A DNA stretch of 64,000 nucleotides from Octopus vulgaris (Eukaryota). This document shows, one piece after another, positions 56,421 through 64,000 of this stretch. The notes below the pieces were generated by a model, which was not told the DNA's origin, did no database searches, and saw nothing but the letters and a program-made list of their open reading frames with translations. Position 1 is the first letter of the stretch, and each line of letters opens with the position of its first letter. The translations under genes were made by a program, and so were the position numbers. The stretch is taken from assembly GCA_951406725.2 (NCBI GenBank), contig OX597834.1:44330001-44394000 (forward strand). Direction: 5' to 3'.

Positions 56421-56992
56421 ATATCAAAGACACTTCATTTCATAAAATTTGTCATCATAGACAGTACAAAGATTGTGTAGCTCTGCGGGCTGGACAAACA
56501 CATTAATGAATGAAAATGAAGTAAAATGAATAAATGAGAGACGAAACCCAACACCCACCGACTGGATTTTTCTCGAAAACATATTTTCTTTTTTTTAAAT
56601 ATCAATATGAGGTTTCAAACCTCTTAAAAGAAGGAGGCACTAAAACCTCTTACTTAACATGTTTTTTTTTAAACACACAATTGAGGTTATAAAACACTAC
56701 AAATAATACAATAAGATGAGGTTTCAAACCCTCGTAACGAGGGTCTTTCACCTCCTACTCTTCGATATATCCATCGATATATTCATCATTATCTTCAATG
56801 CCGCTTGAGTTCCTGTATCCCGCCATTTCCTTTGCTTCACTCATGTAGGACATGTAAGTCGTGTAAGGGCCATCCGGCCATATGCGACACTCCTCCCCAA
56901 ATCCTTTAAGCCTTTCCCACAAGGGAAACCTTATGACCTCCACAGCTATCTGCGGAGGCCATTCGGGATCCCGTGTAATATCAAAGACACTT
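56421..56992 (-). mobile_element. 5'-truncated retroposed insert with 15-bp TSD, carrying an ORF C-terminus and a hairpin-rich 3' UTR
   Basis: atatcaaagacactt at 56421-56435 and 56978-56992. Open frame from 56977 to a stop at 56755. Confidence 0.7.
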
Positions 56993-58169
56993 GATGATCA
57001 CAGTGCACCGGATTGTCATGTTAGTGTATTGCCAAATCGAATTAAGTAAGCTGTTCAATGAAATGAAGACGAAGCGTTCGTAAGGTTTCTCTTCAATAAT
57101 ATCGCATGGTAAAAGTTTCATTGGAGAAAATCAGTCGACGAATGCGTCAGATGTGTAACTATTCCATACGTTTCTGTCATCTCAAAATCAAATTGTTTGT
57201 CAGCTTTCATTTGATTATTCCAGCGGTTTAGGCAGATCAGCCTGGTTGGAGAGAAATCTTGATTCGTCAGAGGAAATAACCGTTTTGAGAAACGGGGGAC
57301 CTTTTATGATTGCTTTCTATCAAGAATATTCTTTTATTTTTGAACATTTATTGATAATTGGGACTTTCACACTCAAGACACCTCAGAACTTCTAGATTAG
57401 CCAAAGACATTCAAAAGGTGTGTGGAGATATATTTCTTCGGTTGCATGTTGTCAAACTCTTCCATGAAATGTGTTACCTTGCCCTCATGTCACAGATATT
57501 AATTCGTAATGTTTTTTTATCTGTTTTCTTTTTTTTTTTACTTTAGAAATTACATCGCATCTCTCGCAAGACTGCGCGTGATCGTGAATACTTACATTCA
57601 CTTCTTCAAAATCTGTTATTCCTGATCCCAACGCTAAACCTTCCATCAAGATGCGAATTAATCTTTTCTTTTTTTGGAAGGTGAAAATGATTTCCTTCTT
57701 TTACTGGGAACCTTTAAACCTAATTACATAAAAAAACAAAAACAGAAATAGGGAAGGAGATATTTTGTCGAGAGATTCAAAGAAAAGCTGAAAAGGAACC
57801 TAATTGAGGGAAAACGAACATTACAATACGAATGCTCGTAAAATACTTTCCACGTTACAAATATGAAATCCCATAAATACAGTTTGACTGGTATTAAAAT
57901 ATCTTCGTTTCAATATCAAAAAGTTTTATGGTTTCCCGTTGAAATTTTGCAGGAGATATCACATACTTTTAGTTCCTGTTAAACAGCAGGTCAGCTCTGA
58001 TCGAGGTGGCTCTACGACGAGTGGCTTTCCAAATTACGACAAGGTAACGTTTATGTATTAAAAGGGTACGAATTCTCCCATGGAGTACTCCTTCATTAAA
58101 AAAGTTGGATGCGATGGGGAGGAGAGTTTCCTTTTTTTAAATTTTTTTTTCAGATTGTTGCAAGTTTGT

Positions 58170-58406
58170 ATTTCATCTTTTATTTGTTTTAGTGATTAGC
58201 CTGCGGCTATTCTGGAGCACAACTTTCAAGAATTTTTATTTGAATGAACCGATTACTGTACTTTAAATTCTTAAAAGCCTGGTACTTATTCTATCGGTCT
58301 CATTTTATCGAAGAGCTTTGTTACGGAGACACAAACGCATGAAAAAGCCGTGGTGGGGGACAAGCACACACATACACACACAGAAACACACACTCACACA
58401 CACACA

Positions 58407-58444
<38 letters not shown>

Positions 58445-58860
58445 CACACACACTAACACACACACACACACTAACACACTCGCACAATCACGCCAGTGTT
58501 TCTGCTAACGAAAAGAAAATACTTCGCATTAATTATTATTAACCAGTGTCTCTAGTATTAATAAAACCACTATTACAATTAACAAAAATAATAGCATAAT
58601 AATAGCTAATTACCAGCTGCATGTTTACGAAAAATTTCATAGTGGGGTGAAATATTTTTCCTAGAGCATCTATGTAAACGAAAGCATCAATGACACAGCA
58701 TCACCATTTAGTCATCATTGGTACAAGTGTGGCTGTGTGGTAAGTAGCTTGCTTCTCAACCACGCGGCTCTGGATTCAGTCTCACTGTGTGGAGCCTCGG
58801 ACAGACCAAGTACTTGTAAGTGAATCTTGTGGACGAAACACGAAAGAAGACCGGCGTATG
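58170..58860. mobile_element. Diverged SINE A copies (- 58170-58380, + 58726-58860)
   Basis: Family A sequence match. Confidence 0.65.
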
Positions 58861-59073
58861 TGTGTGTATGTGTGTATATACATTTATATGTACATATTTC
58901 CATATATATGTATATGTTTACGTCTATGTGTGTATATATATATATATAATATATTATATATAATAACTTTAAAAAAAATCATAACAAACAAAAAACAGAT
59001 TCAGTAGGTCACGAAATTCTCATTAGTTATCGGCAAGAGGCTCAAACGCAATGTCTTCATATATTTATGTATT

Positions 59074-59136
<63 letters not shown>

Positions 59137-59140
59137 ATAT

Positions 59141-59339
59141 AATCAAAATAAGCAACAAGGATATCCAGAGTTAATGCAGTACGATCGTTTCATGCGACTC
59201 CATTTAATTGAATAATGCAAATATTACATCAGTTTTAAATGCTCTACATTTTAAAACTGATATAATATTTGCATTGTTCAATTAAATGGAGTCGCAAGAA
59301 ACGATCGTACTGCATTACCTCTGGATGCTTACTTTGATT
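59141..59339. mobile_element. Fold-back element (about 95-100-bp arms, 5-nt spacer) with a degenerate hammerhead-like motif
   Basis: 59141-59241 is the reverse complement of 59247-59339. CTGAT...GAAA-CGATCG-TA on both arms. Confidence 0.7.
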
Positions 59340-59649
59340 GTAATCACCCCATTTTGAATTATATGGATTATACCAAACCAAACACTGGTGCCTTTAACTT
59401 AAGTACCATATTCAACTGAATCTAAATTTTACTGAACTTACATATATATATGTTTTGATCCATATATATATATATATGGATCAAAACTGTTCGATTTAAA
59501 CTCCTTGGTACTCTGAGTTTTCATCTATACATGTTACTCTTAATAAAAGTGTCGAGTGTTCTTCTTTCGTTTGTGTACTCACTCATATATGTGTCTGTGC
59601 GTGCGAGTGCGTAAATTTGTGTGTGTGTATGTGTGTGTGTGCGTGCCTT

Positions 59650-59852
59650 TGTGTCTCTGTTTGCCCCCCACCCCGCGACCACCGCTTCACAACCGGTGTT
59701 AGTGTGTTTGCAGCTAAGGAACCCTATAGAATAAATACCGGGTTTAATAAGCAAAAACTGGGGTCGGCTCATTCGACTGAAAAATTCAAGGCGGTGCTCC
59801 AGCATGACCGCAATCTAATGATTGAAAGAAGTAAAAGATAGAAGATAAAAAG
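59650..59852 (+). mobile_element. Diverged SINE family A, 3' half
   Basis: ggcggtgctccagcatgaccgca...aagtaaaagata. Confidence 0.7.
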
Positions 59853-60249
59853 ATAATGGTAGTAAATCGTACGTTTTCTTGCATACGAGTATTTTTCTCT
59901 TCAGATGCTCTGCTGTATTATTTCGAATCCGCTTTAAGCTGTGTCTTTCATAAGCTAGACAATGGTGTGAATATTTCTAATTAAAACACGCCAATTAAGA
60001 GCTACTGTCGAAAGACTGAATAATTAAAAGAAAAAAAAACCGTACACACACAGACAAAAAAAAAACATAACAACAATGGTACTGAAAGCAGCTATGACAA
60101 TAATAACACCTATAACAAACAACAACAACAACAACAAAAATAGCAGGAGGAGCAATGACAAAGGATTCCGGCAACAATGCCACATATTAGTAAGATCCAA
60201 TTAATACACATATATATATATGCAAACACAAACACCCATAGAGATATAT

Positions 60250-60415
60250 TTATGCCTCGATTTATATATATATATATATGTGTGTATATATATATATACA
60301 CCCACACACCCACACACATACATATATATATTTATATACATATATATGTACACTCACACACAGACACACACACACACACACACCTGTTTATATGTATACA
60401 TATCATTATATCATA

Positions 60416-60449
<34 letters not shown>

Positions 60450-60700
60450 CATAGATATGATATACATACTTACATATGTATACAAAGCCACTCATACATA
60501 TATATATATGTGTTTATATATATATATATACACACACCTACACACATACATATATATATTTATATACATATATATGTACACTTACACACAGACACACACA
60601 CACCTGTTTATATGTATACATATCATTATATCATATATATATATATATACATATATATATACTTAGATATGATGTACATACTTACATATGTATACAAAGA
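60250..60700. repeat. Tandem duplication (about 220-230 bp) of a compound microsatellite block
   Basis: cacctgtttatatgtatacatatcattatatc and catacttacatatgtatacaaag each occur twice. Confidence 0.8.
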
Positions 60701-60804
60701 CACACATACACATATACACACACATATATCTATGCACATATAGAATATGATATACAATATATATATTATATATGCATATATATGTACGTGACTATATGTA
60801 TGTA

Positions 60805-60835
<31 letters not shown>

Positions 60836-61233
60836 GGTAGTATATTAATTAGTATTATTGCATGACAAGCGACAGGTGTACGGTGTTGTGACAGGTAGAC
60901 GAAACTGTATAAGATGCAGCAATACAATTAGACATTTCATTATAGACGTTTGTTTATTCATACTTAATTGCAATCGCATTGTTATCTTTATTATTATTAT
61001 TATTATTATTATTTTCTGTAGACGTTTGGAGTTTGGGCGAATCGTTAGCGTAAAGAACCAATTCCCCTGCAAATTTCAGCTGTTTGCCTTTAGGTTTCGA
61101 GTTCAAATTTTGCAGGAATTGACATGGAATTAAATCGTTAGTGCTCGATGAAATAAAACACTGGTGGATCTAATCCCCAACACATAATCTCTAAATTGTT
61201 ATTATTATTGTTGTTGTTATTATTATTATTATT

Positions 61234-61453
61234 GTTAACTTTTTTTTTCAAATTTGCTTCCATTTCTTGCCGAGTGTCTTCCCGACGCCTAGGGTAAAGA
61301 AACTCATAGTATACATTGGTAGGCCATTAAGCTAAACTCACAAGTTCGTTCATTTTTTTAAAAAGTTAAATTAAAATACATGGGGAGTAATAGTACTCAC
61401 ATCGACAATGCTCTTCTCAATACGTGTGATGTACCAGTTAAGACGATCTTTTT
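61234..61453 (-). mobile_element. 3' end of an R4/Dong-like non-LTR retrotransposon in a (TAA)n array
   Basis: KIVLTGTSHVLRRALSM* resembles the R4/Dong C-terminus (QKxVLLGTAHILRxVL). 3' UTR with an A-rich end, (TTA)n on both sides. Confidence 0.75.
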
Positions 61454-61466
61454 ATTATTATTATTA

Positions 61467-61569
<103 letters not shown>

Positions 61570-61785
61570 AGGCGGCGAATTGGCAGAATCGTTAGCGCGC
61601 CGGTCGAAATGCTTAGGAGTATTTCGTCCGCCTTTACGTTCCGAGTTCAAATGCCACCGAGGTCGACTTTGCCTTTCATCCTTCGGGGTCAATGAAATAA
61701 TTACCAGTTACGCACTGTGGCCGATGAAATCGAGTTGTCCCTTCCCCACAAATTTCTGTCCTTGTTCCTATAGTAGAAAAGAATT
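61570..61785 (+). mobile_element. Full-length SINE family C
   Basis: ggcggcgaattggcagaatcgttagc...gagttcaaat...gcctttcatccttcggggtc...tagtagaaaagaat. Confidence 0.88.
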
Positions 61786-63349
61786 ATTATTATTATTATT
61801 ATTATGATTATTATTATTGCTGTCATATTTGTTTCTATTGTTGTTACTTCGCTTTCATTTGTATATATATTATTCGATTTTCTCGCGAGATCGCTAATGA
61901 CGAAAAATGATGAGCAGGAAATTCTCTCTATTTTAAATATATTTTATCATAATAGCTGAACAGTAGGTTTTGTAAAATCACTAGTACCAGAGTTAAATCT
62001 AGTCAATCAGTAATCAAAAAGGATGTTAGATTATTGAATTTAATCGGGAACATACAGGTAAAGTATCCAGATACAAATATTCAAAATTATTTATAATGCT
62101 TTATTGGATGTGTGAAGAATCGTTCATTGGTCCCACAGCCTCCAAAAAAGCGGGGAGAGTTTTCTTTACCTCTGCATCTGAGTGAGTGTGTGTGTTGTGT
62201 ATAATGACTATTAAAGTCACTAGCCGTCATACCCTGATAATGTTTTGTGATGTGCGTATGTGTATGTATGTATGGATATATGTATATCTGCATTATGTAG
62301 CTGCATTTCTACGTAATAGTGGGTGTATGTATGCATGTATGTGTGTATAAACCTAATAAAACAAATATTTCAAGTGCATAACGAGTTCAAAAATTTGTAA
62401 GTACTGAGATTGCAGAGCAAAACAAGTTTCCGTAGGATAAATCACAGTCTCGATTTAAGAAACATGTTTTGTTCGAGGTAATAAAAACAATTTTGTGATA
62501 GCATGGCTTCATTATAAGATGTTTCATTCTACTCCGACAAATGGCTGCTGCATTTGTCAAGTAACTTATTCTCTTTTCTTACGATATTGAGAACTCTACA
62601 AAGTTCTGGTAATATGTCAACGGGCTTAATGCAAAATGTATAACGACTCTATGAGGTGTCTTAAGTCTTTCGATAGGATAATTCAAGCTCCATAGCCTCT
62701 CTCTTCTCCCTATCATTTTCGCAGTGAACGCAACGCTATTTGATTACAAAACCTCAAGTAGCAATATGATGGAATCTGCAGCACCATCCACGAATACCAA
62801 TGCAATATATAATTCCTTTGCTGATAATCTGAAGCTCTACATTGAAAAATATCAACAATGATGAGAAACAGATGCATTTAAAGACTCTCTCAGAGACATT
62901 CAAATAAAGAGACCAGCATGCTTCATAGTAAAGTGTGGGAAAACTATTTTACAGACACAAACGGTTCATAGTAACGGCCGCTTCTATCTTCTCTTTTTCA
63001 AAATAATTGTTACAGATACCTACATATTAATTGATAAATCATTTTAGAAGAGTGAGATGTGTAAAACTATTGAATAACTAAAGGCTACTACACCAGATTT
63101 CAATAAGTATGGATGACCAGAATTTATATTTATAGAACTACATTCCACAACGATTTTGTAAAGCTATGTTTAATAATTAATTCTAGAATACTTCACTGGT
63201 CTGTGGAGTAATTCCAATTTAATGATGTTAGAACTTACCATCGTCTTCCACTGAAAAGTGATATTTACAAGAAGTGTCTCAGAATGAAAATAAAAGGGTC
63301 ATCAATCCAGTGTTTTGTATAATATCGAGCAAATAGAATTACTAAAATT

Positions 63350-63701
63350 CCAACCATCCACCCATCCGTCCGTCCCGCCATCCATCAATCGATCCATCCG
63401 ACCACCCGTCCATCCATATGTCCACCAATCCACCTGTTCCTTCATCTCCCCGTCCGTCCGTCCGTCCGTCCATCCGACCGTCCATCCGTCCGTCCGTCCA
63501 TCCATCCGTCCATCGGTCCATCCGTCTGTCTGTCCATCCGTCCATCCATCCATCCGTCCGTCCGTCCGTCCGTCCGTCCGTCCGTCCGTCCGTCCGTCCG
63601 TCCGTCCGTCCGTCCGTCTGTCTGTCCATCCGTCCATCCATCCATCCGTCCGTCCGTCTGTCTGTCCATCCGTCCATCCATCCATCCGTCCGTCCGTCCG
63701 T
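63350..63701. repeat. (TCCG/TCCA)n tetranucleotide array
   Basis: Directly visible. Confidence 0.92.
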
Positions 63702-63859
63702 TCATTTTCTCCACTCTTTCAAGAAGGGTTAAGGTCCTCAGGAATCTCCTCCGTAGGGCCTTCTTAAAAGCAATCGTCTTTAGATTATTCTTGCTGGATT
63801 CACAAACTGGACTAATTGAGACTCTGGATAGGAACACCATCCCGTCGCAGGAATACTCT

Positions 63860-63990
63860 TCTTTGCCAGCTGAGTAAATTGGAGCACGGAGGCTTAACAA
63901 CAACAAAACTCGTGACTCGGACTAGGGATCGAAACCACAAACTTGTGATCATGAGTCTAACACTCTAACCATTAAGCCATACGCCCCCAC
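63860..63990 (-). mobile_element. SINE family B-like head
   Basis: tttgccagctgag...gatcgaaaccacaa...ctaaccattaagcca. Confidence 0.7.
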
Positions 63991-64000
63991 CAGTTTTGAT

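Overview
Eukaryotic DNA dominated by microsatellites and retroposons, with no host protein-coding exon I can support. It looks like a gene desert or a very large intron. The repeat families and the mollusc-type 5S sequence suggest a cephalopod (Octopus-like) genome, which is inference. Almost all listed ORFs are translations of simple repeats. Supported content: (1) four recurring tRNA-headed SINE families, called A-D here, some with 12-13 bp target-site duplications (TSDs); (2) a solitary 5S rRNA-like copy; (3) an internally deleted mariner with TIRs, plus two MITEs; (4) 3' fragments of RTE, R4/Dong-like and L1/Tx1-like non-LTR retrotransposons; (5) a 15-bp-TSD insert carrying an unexplained ORF end. 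The most notable signal is at least five unrelated short repeat families that each carry a hammerhead-ribozyme-like core (CUGANGA...stem II...GAAA-helix III or palindrome-UH). They usually occur as head-to-head inverted duplications next to microsatellites, which is Penelope-like or retrozyme-like architecture. One family is fused to a Pol III tRNA-like head, and one copy (38461-38545) has an intact canonical core. Short unique-sequence islands rich in TAAT, TGACA or YY1-like motifs may be cis-regulatory.
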